A stretch of 64,000 nucleotides of DNA, taken from assembly GCA_013416795.1 (NCBI GenBank), contig RQSC01000007.1, positions 25,920 through 89,919 on the forward strand. Direction: 5' to 3'. This document shows positions 11,450 through 22,462 of this stretch, in pieces. A program made the translations under genes and the position numbers. The first letter of the stretch is position 1. Each line of letters starts with the position of its first letter. Below the pieces are notes generated by a model. It ran no database searches. It saw only the letters and a program-made list of their open reading frames with translations, and was not told the origin of the DNA. The DNA is from Prasinococcaceae sp. CCMP 1430. Its lineage: Eukaryota; Plantae; Prasinodermophyta.

Positions 11450-12421
11450 CGCCACTCCCAGTCCCACCACGACCCCCCTCCTCGACACGCGCGCGCGCGC
11501 CCCGAACGCGACGCCGTCGGGGCAGACGTACAGCCCCCTCCCCCCGGCCCCGGCCGCGCGAGACCCGCTTGGCGCCCTCAGCGGCACGACGCGCGCGGGC
11601 GCGGGGGGAAGGGGTGGGGCGGGTGCTGGAGCACGCGCGGGGCGCTTGGGAGGCCCGCCCGCCCCCCTTCCTCCTCCCCCCCTACACACACGCAGGGGCT
11701 TGCAGCGGCGAGGTGCGCTGTGGCGCCGCGCGCGCACACGCTGGCAGCGGCTTCCATCCTTCCGTGCGCCCCGCGCATTTTCCCACGAAAATGTTTTTCC
11801 CCGCGCGCGGTGGTTGCTTCCGCAGACACTCAAATGGACATTCTTAGATTACATGTACCCACGGGCGACCTTACCGCCCTTTTTAAATTGCGATTATCCG
11901 CAAGTTTTCTCGGTTTTTTAATCGGCACGCGTGTGGTGGCGGTTGCTCAGTACGTACAGTACATTTCCACAAAACCCTAAAATCGGTATTGACCCAAAAT
12001 CGGCGTGATACCAACCTGAACCGAAGGAGTCTGCCGCCACAGCGCGCGCGCGGGTGTTGGCACGGGGGGCGCCACGGCGCGCGCGTGCGCGGCGGTGCCG
12101 CTCCCTCGCGAGGGGCGGCAGCGAGGGGGTGGCTGCGCGGCGTCGAGGTGAGCGATCAGACGGGCTCCCCCCCCCCCAATCCCGCCGACCTACACGCACT
12201 CACACACGCGCTCACGCGCGCACTTTGTCCCCCTTTCGACGCCCTGCGTCGTGCCGCTGGGCGTGCGACACCCGCGTCGGAGGCTGCGCGCGGAGAGGGC
12301 GCGGAGCCTCCCGGCGGCGGCGAGGGGCGCCCATCGATGCGGAGAGGGCAGGCGGAGGCGCAGGTGCCGGCGCCGGCGCTGACGAGAGCTGGGGGCGAAG
12401 CTCGGCGAGCTCACTTCAGCG

Positions 12422-14338
12422 GTGGGGGTCCCCGATGCCGGTCGGCGCGCCGCGCTGCGCGGCGAGACTGCGTACAGCGCGCGTCCCGGGGTGCCGCCGC
12501 GCCGGGCGTGGCGTCGTGGCGCGGCGCGGTGCCGGCGGTGCGGGCTGGGGGCGGCGGCGGCGAGCGGGCTCGTGGCGGCAGCGCTGACCCTCGCAATAGT
12601 GGGCGGTCTGAGTCGTATTGGGGGGGACCTAGGCGTCGCGCGAGCACGGAGGAGGGAGCTCGAGGCGTCCGTGTGGACTTCACCCGCCGCAGTCACACAA
12701 CGGCGGGGGTCCCCCTCCATTAAGCCTGGTAACGCTACGAGGGGAGAAGGCGGTCGAGTCACGCCAGGGCCGGCAGCGCTGGCCACCCAACGCGGTCCAA
12801 ACGCTGCTGCAAGCGTCAGGTCAGCATCGGGCACCAGTACGGCCGCAGCCGCTGCAACTGACACCGAGCGCTGGCTGCGAGCGCTCGGGGCACTCGCCGC
12901 GGCGGCACAATACGACGACGAGCGCCGCCGGGACGCACACGACGGTCGGGCGTTTCGTGTGTGCATCGCCACGACCACCGCGGCAGATGAGGTGCAGGCC
13001 GCGAGGGAAATTCTACCGTGGGCGGCGTACCACCGCGCCATCGGGGCCTCCGACATCATGGTCTTTTTGGACGAATCCACCCCCGCAGACACTCGCGGGA
13101 CGCGCAGGCTGCTCTCGCAAGCGCACCGCCTCGGCGCGCTCACGCTGCTGATGGCCGAGGAGGCGAGCGCTCGCCTCGGCAATCAGGCGCTGATGAACAA
13201 ACAGGGGAAGAACATACGCAGGGCACTCGAGATTGCCGGTGCCAGGGCGGCAGACGCGGCGCAGCACACGTGCGACTGGCTCGCGCACATTGACGTCGAC
13301 GAGCTGCTCTTGCCGCTGCCGCGCGGCGCACGGGGCGGTGGGGCGGTCGCAACAATCCCCGCCCTGCGCTCCAGCGAGGCAGGCAAGCTACCCCTGCCGT
13401 TCAGCCTGCATGCGACGCTCGCGGAGGCGTACGAGAGACGGGAGGTGGTCCAAGTGCACGTATGGAACCACGAGGCCAAGCCCGAGACTTCGGACGTCTC
13501 GCGGCGCTTCGAGGAGGTGACGCTCTTCTCGACGAATGACATGTTCCGAATAAACCCAGACCCGCACAACCTCGGCCTCACCCCCGAGGGGCTGGCATGG
13601 CGTAACGACAGCGCGAACGCGGCCGCACTGGAGGCTGCACCGCACGGCCGCCACAGCTTCAATCTGTACTACAACGGGAAGCCCATCGGCAAGGTTGGCC
13701 CGCGTCTTCAGGAGAACGGACCGCACTACTTTCGAACGTACGGCAAGCTCGAGGACGGGCGGCGGACGACGTGGGACGCGCCTGACATGGCCTTGCTGCA
13801 CTACCCATACGCGCTACCGGAGGAGGTGGAGGAGAAGGCGATGCGCTCGTGCGCAGCCTCGCCAGACGAAAGCCTGGGGGATGCCGCGGGGCGATGCTTC
13901 ATTTACGTGTTGGAGCAGAAGATGTGGGAGGCCGTGAATGCGGCGCGCAGCCGCGCGGAGAGGAGGCGGGCGGCTCTCGACTTCCATGCCTCGCGCATTG
14001 TGTACCATCACGCTGATGACGACGCGCCCCCAGCCTCTCCCGGAAACGGCACTGCGGGCAGTGATGGCCGGCTGCGCTGGAGCATGCGTGAAAACTATGA
14101 GGTGGAGCTCGGCCGCGGGCGGCTCGCTCGGCTGCGCGAGCCGCAGACCCTCATGGGTTGGTTGAGGACGCTCGGGAACACCCACGGCGATGAGCGCGGC
14201 AGTACGCTCGCCCCGGTGCGATGCGCGGCGCGCCTGCTGGCTGCGCTCAGAGGCGGCGAAGGGCACAGGCCCTCTGGCGAGCAGGCCTTTCTCACGGCCC
14301 GCAGCAGCCTGCTCGCGGGGTGCGTGGGCGCGGCATGA
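12422..14338 (+). CDS. KOBITO1/ELD1-like glycosyltransferase (GT2-like, type II membrane); exact start uncertain
   Basis: Signal anchor LVAAALTLAIVGGL, then WAAYHRAIG, LMNKQGKNI, DWLAHIDVDELL (DxD), NHEAKPE, FNLYYNGK, NGPHYF, LLHYPY and RCF in the same order as plant KOBITO1 motifs. Confidence 0.72.
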   Translation: MGVPDAGRRAALRGETAYSARPGVPPRRAWRRGAARCRRCGLGAAAASGLVAAALTLAIVGGLSRIGGDLGVARARRRELEASVWTSPAAVTQRRGSPSIKPGNATRGEGGRVTPGPAALATQRGPNAAASVRSASGTSTAAAAATDTERWLRALGALAAAAQYDDERRRDAHDGRAFRVCIATTTAADEVQAAREILPWAAYHRAIGASDIMVFLDESTPADTRGTRRLLSQAHRLGALTLLMAEEASARLGNQALMNKQGKNIRRALEIAGARAADAAQHTCDWLAHIDVDELLLPLPRGARGGGAVATIPALRSSEAGKLPLPFSLHATLAEAYERREVVQVHVWNHEAKPETSDVSRRFEEVTLFSTNDMFRINPDPHNLGLTPEGLAWRNDSANAAALEAAPHGRHSFNLYYNGKPIGKVGPRLQENGPHYFRTYGKLEDGRRTTWDAPDMALLHYPYALPEEVEEKAMRSCAASPDESLGDAAGRCFIYVLEQKMWEAVNAARSRAERRRAALDFHASRIVYHHADDDAPPASPGNGTAGSDGRLRWSMRENYEVELGRGRLARLREPQTLMGWLRTLGNTHGDERGSTLAPVRCAARLLAALRGGEGHRPSGEQAFLTARSSLLAGCVGAA

Positions 14339-14474
14339 GACTCACCTAGGCTGAAGCACACAGTCAGCTCACATCGAACATATTACACACCTCCGAACTC
14401 CGCGCGCGGGCACACACGCTCGCTCTGCACGCCTGCGCAAGCTGCGTCGCGATGGGCGCACGGGCCCTGCCCCC

Positions 14475-15569
14475 TCATGATGGCGACGCGCCCGCGCCAC
14501 GGCCGATCCCTACTGCGGCGGCGAACGCGCCCTCCCACGTGTCGGGCGCGTCACCGGCCGGCCCGCCGAGCGCAAATCCGCGCAGCGGGTGGGCGTCCGG
14601 GCCGGAACCCCCTCCGCGCGTGCCATCCCCGCCGCCTAACCCGCCACTAGCCACCGCTCCCACACTGCCGCCCCTGTTGCCCTCCTCGCCGCCCCGCGCG
14701 AGCAGTGCGGGGCTCCAGCGCTTGGGCGCGGACGGCTGCTCGCCACCGCCGCCGTCGCCACGGTCTGGGCTCGGCGACGGATCTGCGCCCATGGACGCGA
14801 GCAGGTCCCTGAGGCTGGAGAACTCGCCCTCGCTAGAATTCGCGCCGGGGCTCGCGCCGGGGCTCGCGCCGGGGCTTGTGCCCGCGCCCGCGCTCCCGCC
14901 CGCGATCGCCCCGGCGCTCCCTGCCGCCCGTGTGCCCGCACTCGTCCGCTTGCTCGTTCCCTCGCCACCGGCCGCGTCAGCTGCGGCGCGCCGCTCGCGC
15001 TCCGCAAAGAGCGCTGCGGCGGCCGCGTGCACATCGCCACGCGCGCTCACGACGGCCGACGCCACGGCGTGCGCGTCGAAGCCGAGCGCAGCGGTGAGCT
15101 CCACCACGCATTCAAGTGCCTCGCTCACGTCCACCTCTCGCGCGGGCCCGAGCTGCGCCCCGCGCGCGCATCGGCCGTCGCCCGCAAGCAGGTGCTCCAC
15201 CGCCGCGCGGCCGTCAGACCCCGCGACGTGCACGGCCTGTGCGCACTGCCACGGCGCGAATCCCAAGGCGGATCGCAGGTCGGCCTCCAGCCGCGCCCGC
15301 TCGTGCGACACTACCGAGGCCTCGACCGACGCCGACACGCGCGGCGTGGCGCCGGGCAGGCCCTGCTGTTGCCACCCCCTCCCCCGCCCGGCCGCGTCGG
15401 AATCCCCATTCCGATGCTGCTGCTGCTGCTGCTGCTGCTCCGGCGGCGGCGGCTGCTGCTGCTGCTGCTGCTGCTGCTCGCGTTGCTGCGACTCCAGCTG
15501 CTGCTTCCGCTGCTCCCGCTGCTGCTGCTGCTGCTGCTGCTGCTGCCGCTGCCGCTGCTCCTGCTGCAT
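14475..15569 (-). CDS. Poly-Q protein with tandem UBA-like domains; start uncertain
   Basis: Poly-Q tract, then LRSALGFAPWQCAQAVHVAGSDGRAAVEHLL and LTAALGFDAHAVASAVVSARGDVHAAAAALF (LGF…A…L UBA pattern). Minus-strand TGTAA at 14383-14387. Confidence 0.6.
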   Translation of the reverse strand: MQQEQRQRQQQQQQQQQREQRKQQLESQQREQQQQQQQQPPPPEQQQQQQQHRNGDSDAAGRGRGWQQQGLPGATPRVSASVEASVVSHERARLEADLRSALGFAPWQCAQAVHVAGSDGRAAVEHLLAGDGRCARGAQLGPAREVDVSEALECVVELTAALGFDAHAVASAVVSARGDVHAAAAALFAERERRAAADAAGGEGTSKRTSAGTRAAGSAGAIAGGSAGAGTSPGASPGASPGANSSEGEFSSLRDLLASMGADPSPSPDRGDGGGGEQPSAPKRWSPALLARGGEEGNRGGSVGAVASGGLGGGDGTRGGGSGPDAHPLRGFALGGPAGDAPDTWEGAFAAAVGIGRGAGASPS

Positions 15570-15895
15570 CGCACCGCGCGCGCAAGCGAGCGAGCGAGCG
15601 CCGCCGCGCCGCGCCGCGCGCTGCGCGCGCTCCCCCACCCCCCCATCCCACCCCGCCCTCGGCCCATCCCCCTGCGCACCCCGCCGCAACAGCAACAACC
15701 GCCGCAGCGCAGCGGCCCCTTTCGCATGCGAACAGACCAACAGACAAAACCACTCGCCCGTGTGTATGTTTATCCACATTTCTAAGCTACAATCGAAGGG
15801 GCACCGCTGGAGGGCGTCGCCTTCGGCGTTCGTTCCCCCCCGTCCTCGTGGTTTTTCCCCATCCGGCGCGCTGCGAACCTTTTTGACGTGTGGCG

Positions 15896-15965
15896 CTTTT
15901 TTTCTTTTCCCCCTTTTTCTTTTTCTTTTTCTTTTTTCTTTTTTCTTTTTTCTTTTTTCTTTTTG
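15896..15965. repeat. (CTTTTT)n low-complexity tract in the divergent intergenic region
   Basis: Seen directly. Confidence 0.85.
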
Positions 15966-16191
15966 TCTGTCCTGTCGGTCGCCGCGTGGGCGTGCGAGGC
16001 GCGAAGCGCACTCTGATGCGTTTTGACGTGCACGTGCTCGTGGAGTTTGACCGGACTCGACTACAAAGTATCCCGTGTGTTGTATTGATTTTCGTTTGTT
16101 TGCATTGGTGGTGCGGGCGCGGCGCGCGCCGGATGCGGGGCGCCACACGCGTCGCGCCGCGCGCCTGTCACAGAAGGCCAAGCAGCTCGCA

Positions 16192-18570
16192 ATGTCCAGG
16201 CGGCGGGGGGCGGGGGCGATGGAGGAGGCGCTGGTGGCGGAGAACGACCGCGAGGCGCGCATCGCCGCGCGGCGCGAGCGCATCGCGGCGCGGCTCAAGG
16301 CGAAGCGGGAGGCCGAGGTGAGGCGGGGGGATAGGGCGAAGGGGGGCGGGCGCCTCGAGAGGCTGGCTGGGAACGGGCGCCCGGAAAAAAAAAAAAAAAA
16401 CGCGCGCGCGCGCGCGCGCGCGCTCGCGAGCGAGCGAGAGAGAGAGAGAGCGGCCGCGCGGTGGTGAACCTCCTGCCCCCCGACGTCCCTCGTGGACGTC
16501 TCTGGGAATGTTGCGTTTGAGAGTCGTCCGAATCCCACGGACAAGCGCGGGGGTCGTGGCGCAGGCGGAGGGGGGGAGGTGTGCCTCTCCCCTCCCCTCG
16601 CGCGCGCAATTTTCTCGAGCTCTGGTGTGACGAGATGCAGAAAAATGCGCGTGTGCGCGCACGCGCTGACCGCCGCCAACGGCGCGCTCCTCGCCACGCG
16701 CCCGTTGCGCTCGCAGGGCGGCGATGCAAAGCAGTCGGAGTCGGCGGAGTCGGCCGATGTGGGCAAGGCGCGCGAGCAAATCGCCGCGTCGCGCAAGCGC
16801 GCGACGCGCGTCGCCTCGGACGGGACGCGCGAGGTGACGTCGGTGCGCGTGGCGGCCGACATGCGAGAGTCGCAGCGGCGCACAGAGGAGGAGCTCAAGC
16901 GCCAGGACTTGCGCGCCAGGCTGCTCGCCGAGGCCGAGTACAGCGCGCGCCGCAACGCCGTGGTCGCCATGCGCTGGGCCGACCTCTTCGCCACCGAGCT
17001 TCCGCAGGTGCTCGACGGGCAGATCGCCGCGCAGCGTGCCAACTGCGAGAAGATCATCGCGAGCAAGGAGAAGCTCATCGCGGACATCAAGACCGAGCTC
17101 AAGGCGAAGGACGACGAGTACGATAAGGCGCTCAAGACGCAGGCAAAGGACATAGACACGCTCATCTCAGCCATGGGCAAGCAGTTCCGCGAGCTGCAGG
17201 GCGTATTCGCCGCCGAGCTAGGCGACATCGAGGCGGCCTTCCTGGCGGAGCGCAGCGAGCTCCTCGCGGCCAACAAGGCCGAGATGGCGGCGTTGTTCGA
17301 CCGGCGGCGCGCGATGGAGCAGCTTTTCATGGAGAAGACGCAGGCGCGCGCGGAGAAGTACCAAGCGGAGCTCGAGCAGATTCGCGTGGATGACGCGGAG
17401 GAGTACAACATGCTCAAGATCCGCCTCGAGACGGACATCCAGCAGCTGAGCCAGCACCTGGAGACCATGCGCGCCACCTACCAGCTCAACGCGGAGAAGC
17501 TCGAGTACAATTACCGCGTGCTCATCGAGCGCGACAACGAGAATCGCTCGACCATCGTCACGCAGAAGAAGAAGATCGCGCGCCATCGCAGCATCCTCAG
17601 CTCGGTCAAGGAGCGCTACGCGGAGACCGACAAACGCTTCGCCGACGAAAACGCGAAGCTGACGGACGAGTACAGGCGCGTCACAGAGCAGTTCAAGGAA
17701 CTTCAGGTCAAGTACCGCCACTTCGAAGGCGCCGACTTGCGCCGCTTTGCCGAGGTCTGGGAGATGAACGAGGAGGAGGTGGCCGAGCTCGTGTCGAGTG
17801 TGCTGCAGGGCGACCGCGTCCTGCACGAGCAGCAGCTGGGCCTGTCGTGGCGGCCGCCGAGCGCGAAGGTGTTCGAGTCGCCGCTGATGGAGCGCGAGGG
17901 CGGCGGTGGCGAGGGCGCTACTGCCGGGACGGACGCGGCGGGGAACGGCGGCAGCAATGGAGGGAGCGGCGAGTCACTGGTGGCCAGCATGTCACCCGAG
18001 TACGCCGCCATTTCGCGAGTGGTGTGCAATGAGGCGGGCTTCCTGGTGGACGCCAAGGTGCGCGCGGCGCTGGCGGGTCTCACGGGCACCGAGCGCGAGA
18101 ACGCGCGCGCAGACGCGGTGCTGCGATGCCTGGGAGTGACGGACACCTCGAGGATGGACAAGCTCGTGTCGATCATCACGGAGGGCTCGGCCGATGGCAC
18201 GAGCGTGGACCTCGATCAGCTGTTGCCGCGCCTGCGCGCGTTCTGCGAGGCGGAGCAGGGCGCCACGGGCGCGCTTCCCGAAAGCTCGGCGGCGGCGCGC
18301 GGCGTTCCGCGCGAGAGCGCGCTGCGGGCCACGGAGCGCGAGCACTGGCGGCGGCTGGCCAACGTGGTGAGCGAGCGCATGTACCGCATATGGGGCGCGC
18401 TGGAGAAGGCCATGCTGCAGTACAACGCTCTTTTGATGAAGAGGCACTCCTCGCTGGAGTCGACTGAGCACCTGCAGAAGCAGAACGACGAGCTCCGCGC
18501 GCTTCTCACCCAGTACCTCAGCAACAAGGTCAACGAGGAGCTGCGGGTGCCGCCCGCCAGCCTCATGTGA
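16192..18570 (+). CDS. DRC1: Dynein regulatory complex subunit 1 (CCDC164); join(16192..16317,16717..18570)
   Basis: DREARIAARRERI N-terminus, coiled coil with KIRLETDIQQLSQHLETMRATYQLNAEKLEYNYRVL, C-terminal QNDELRALLTQYL…NEELRVPP. Confidence 0.93.
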
Positions 18571-19032
18571 GCAAGCGTCGCCCCGGCCGTCGCGCGATGT
18601 ACCATATAATCTGACATGATATTTATACATCATTCTCACCCACGGCGTAGTCCCCTCACGCCACGTCAAATCGCACCCGCCTCGCGGGCGCCCCGCGCGC
18701 CGCGGAGCGCGTGCGTTTCGACCTCCTCCGGCGCGCGCATGCGTTTCGATGGCGCCCAGCCTTGTGTGGCGCTCGGTGCGCGCGCCCTCGCATGCACGCG
18801 AAATGCTACAATCTGTGAAAAATTGACATATGATCGAATTCAAGAGCTCTGACGTGAAGTTTTATTCCGTCTTCCGTAATGTGCGCGGAGGGCGGATAAA
18901 GTGCCCCGATACCCGGCGGCTCCGCCGCTGCGCGCCGAGCTGCGGCGCCACAGACGCCTCGCGCGCCGCCCGGAGCGCCCCCAAGCGCGCCCAGCGGCCT
19001 CCGGCCCCTTTCCTTTTCCCCCGCCGGAGCGG

Positions 19033-20447
19033 CCATGCTCTTTCGCGTCGGCGTCGGCCGCCGAGGCGGCCGCGCTGCCCGACGCGCCGCAGCTGCCGCA
19101 CCTCGTGCAGGCCATCGCCGACGCCAAGGAGCAGGGCACGTTCAAGGCGGAGCGCGTGATCTCGTCGCCGCAGCGCGCGCGCGTCTCCGTGGAGGGAAGC
19201 AGCTCGAAGGTGCTCAACATGTGCGCCAACAACTACCTGGGCTACTGCGACCACCCCGAGCTCATCGAGGCCGCGCGCAAGGCGCTCGACACGCACGGCG
19301 TGGGTCTGTCCTCGGTGCGCTTCATCTGCGGCACGCAGGACCTGCACAAGGAGCTGGAGGCCATCATCTCCAAGTTCCACCACACCGACGACACAATCCT
19401 GTACCCCAGCTGCTTCGACGCCAACGCGGGGCTCTTCGAGGCCATTCTCACCAAGGAGGACGCCATCCTGTCGGACGCCCTCAACCACGCGAGCATCATC
19501 GATGGCGTGCGCCTGTGCAAGGCGCGCCGCATGCGCTACGAGCACAACGACATGGCCGCCCTGGAGGCCGCGCTCATTGAGTCGCGCGATGCCCGCGTTC
19601 GCCTCATCGCCACCGACAGCGTCTTCAGCATGGACGGCGACGTGGCGCCGCTCAAGGAGATCGTGCGCCTCGCGCGCAAGCACGACGCGCTGGTGATGAT
19701 CGACGAGTGCCACGCCACGGGCGTCCTCGGTGACAGCGGCATCGGCGCCACGGAGGCGTGCGATGTGCTCGGGCAGGTGGACATCATCAACTCGACGCTC
19801 GGCAAGGCTATGGGCGGCGCGAGCGGCGGCTTCACCACTGGCCGCCAGGACGTCGTCGACGTGCTGCGCCAGAAGGCGCGCCCGTACCTCTTCTCCAACA
19901 CCATCGCGCCGCCTCTGGTCGCCGCCGCCACCAAGGCGTTCGAGCTGCTCATGGCCGACCCCGCGCCGCTTGTGCAGCTCAAGTCCAACGCCGCCCTCTT
20001 CCGCTCGAGGCTTGAGGAGGCGGGTTTCGAGCTCAAGCCGGGCAACACTGCCATCGTGCCGGTGATGCTCCACGACGCTGCGCTCGCCACGAAGATGGCG
20101 GCGCTGCTGCTGCAGAAGGGCGTGTACGGTGCGTGCCGAACGCTCGCGAGCGCGCGTGCAAGACGCGCGCGCGTTCGCTCCGCGCGCGCGCGAACTTATT
20201 GCAACATCCGCGGCGCCTCGCTGACGCGGCTGCGCTCGTCCCCGCGTGTGCGTGCCCACGTGCGCGCGCATCGCCCGACGCGCCTCGCGCTGCCGCGCAT
20301 ACAGTCATTGGCTTCTCGTACCCCGTGGTGCCCATGGGGGCCGCGCGCATCCGCGCGCAGGTCAGCGCTGCGCATTCGGAGGCCGACATCAACTTCGCCG
20401 CCGACATGTTCATCGAGTCGGGCAGGGAGCTGGGCGTCATCTCGTGA
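19033..20447 (+). CDS. GCAT: 2-amino-3-ketobutyrate CoA ligase (glycine C-acetyltransferase); intron 20129..20304; start codon unresolved
   Basis: [57 protein letters not shown] (PLP Lys), RPYLFSN, spliced C-terminus [10 protein letters not shown]…[11 protein letters not shown]. Confidence 0.95.
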
Positions 20448-20682
20448 GCGGCACGGGCGAGTCGCGCGTTTTTGAGCTACCGAGCTGCGAGCGTTTTGAG
20501 AGCTCGCGCGAAGGCCAATGCGAGGCGGCGAGTTGTTTGCTAGAGGCTAGTAGAGTAACAAGGAGAGCTGCTGCTCGCGAGGAGACATTTACAAAGGCAG
20601 TTGGCCACTGCGGCCACGTGCGTGCATGTGCGCCAAACAGAACAATAGGAAAGAATCGCCGGCATCGCGGGGGCTGTGGGAC

Positions 20683-21860
20683 CTACGCCGTGGCCACCAT
20701 CGGCGTAGTGCCGTCTACGCTCTCGGGAAATTCTAGCTCGGTCGCCTTCGTGAGGTCCGGGCGCAACTCCTTCACCATGTCGTCCGCCATCGCGTCGATG
20801 TCGTACTCCGGCTCCCAGTCCCAGTCGGCCGCCGCGAGCGAGTCGTCGATTGATTGCGGCCACGTCTCCGCAATGGCCTGACGGAAGTCGGGCGTGTATT
20901 CCACCTCGAGGTTCGGCACGTGGCGCCGTATGCTGGTGGCGAGCTCCGCGGGCGTGAAGCTCATCGCTGTAATATTGTACACGCAGCGGGAGAGGCGCTC
21001 GCGCGGCGCCTCCATGAGCTCAACCGTGGCCCGCAGGCAGTCGGGCATGTACATCATCGGGAGCGCAGTGTCCTTTTGCAGGAAGCACTGGTAGTGCCCC
21101 TTGCTCAGGCTCTCGTGGAAGATGTCCACCGCATAGTCTGTGGTGCCGCCGCCGGGCGGCGCCTTGGATGAGATGATGCCCGGGTAGCGCAGCGAGCGGA
21201 AGTCCACGCCGAACGCCCTGTGGTAGTAGTTGCCGAGCAACTCGAGGTGCACCTTCTGCAGGCGCACGTGTTCGCGAGCGCAGTTGTGGCGGCAGGGCGC
21301 ATTTTTGCGTCAGCCGGCCTCGAGCGCGAGCGCGTCATCGTCGGGCGCGTCGGAGCGCCGCGCCTGCTCAGCCTCGCGCGCGCCACGCGCTGCTCGCGCA
21401 CCGTCACGCCATACATGGTGGTGGGCTGCATGATGGTGTCCTCAGGCGTGGAGACCTTCGGGGTGGACTCGCCGAACACGGCAATGGTTGAGGGCGAGTA
21501 CACGCGCAGCGAGTGCAGCCGCGCGAGCTCCAGCACGTGCTGGATGCCCGCAGTGTTGATCTTGAGCGCGAGCTGCGGGTTGCGCTCGCCGACGGCCGAC
21601 AGCAGGCTGGCGAGGTGCACCACCGAGTCGATGCCGTTCTCGAGTATGACCCGCGCGAGCGAGTCGTAGTCCTGCACGTCGCAGTACACGAAGTGGCCCC
21701 CGTCCCTGCCCTTGCTCGGCATGCGCACGTCCGACGCGACGACGTTGTCCGCGCCGTAGCGCTCGCGCAGGTGCGCGGTCAGCTCGCCGCCAATCTGGCC
21801 CGCCGCGCCCGTCACGAGCACGCGCTGGCCACCGCTGCTGCTCCCCCCGGCCACCGGCAT
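20683..21860 (-). CDS. TDH: L-threonine 3-dehydrogenase (SDR type); intron 21401..21256; N-terminus may extend upstream
   Basis: [43 protein letters not shown], spliced YGVTK (YxxxK), [25 protein letters not shown]. Confidence 0.93.
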
Positions 21861-21943
21861 GCCCGTGCCGAAGTAGCCGCCCGGCGACTGCGGCGACGCG
21901 GCTGCGGCCGCCGCGGTGCCGAGCGCCCTCGCCGTCCCCGCCG

Positions 21944-21946
<3 letters not shown>

Positions 21947-22000
<54 letters not shown>
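21947..22000. repeat. (AC)27 microsatellite
   Basis: Perfect dinucleotide run upstream of the TDH core. Confidence 0.95.
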
Positions 22001-22004
<4 letters not shown>

Positions 22005-22462
22005 CGCCCCGCCCCTGCGCAGCGCGCGCTCGCGCGCACCCGCGCGCGCCGGCGCACCCGTCGCTTTCTTTTTTCCCGCCTCCGGCATTTCGCAACCGCG
22101 GGAACCTCCGAGCGGATGGCCCTTCCAGAAACAAATGGGAATGAAATAATCTATATACATCAATCCACATGTCAAAACCTCGGCATAGCGTCTGCAATTA
22201 TTGTACAATTGGAAAATATGGAGACGACGGAAAGAGCTTTGGTGGTACATTCGAACCGCGCGTCTCGGAGAATTCGAACACGAGCACGAGGGGGGCAATG
22301 CGAAGAAGGGACTCCGCGACGTTCCCCGAAGCACTGGGTTCGGACTCGAGGGTGGAGGTGGCGGCCGGGGTGGCGACCGACCGCGCGCGCGCGCAGGCGC
22401 GCAGGCGCGCCAGTGCGCTGGGCGCGCTGCGTGCGCACTGCGCACGCCGCACACTTTTGCTG

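Noticed and set aside
15700-15830. CPFDC…INIHTGEWFCLLVC, a zinc-ribbon-like string upstream of the UBA protein
   Set aside because: No ATG before the first Cys pair, atypical AT-ending codons, and it lies in a divergent promoter region. Probably chance, though not excluded without RNA data.
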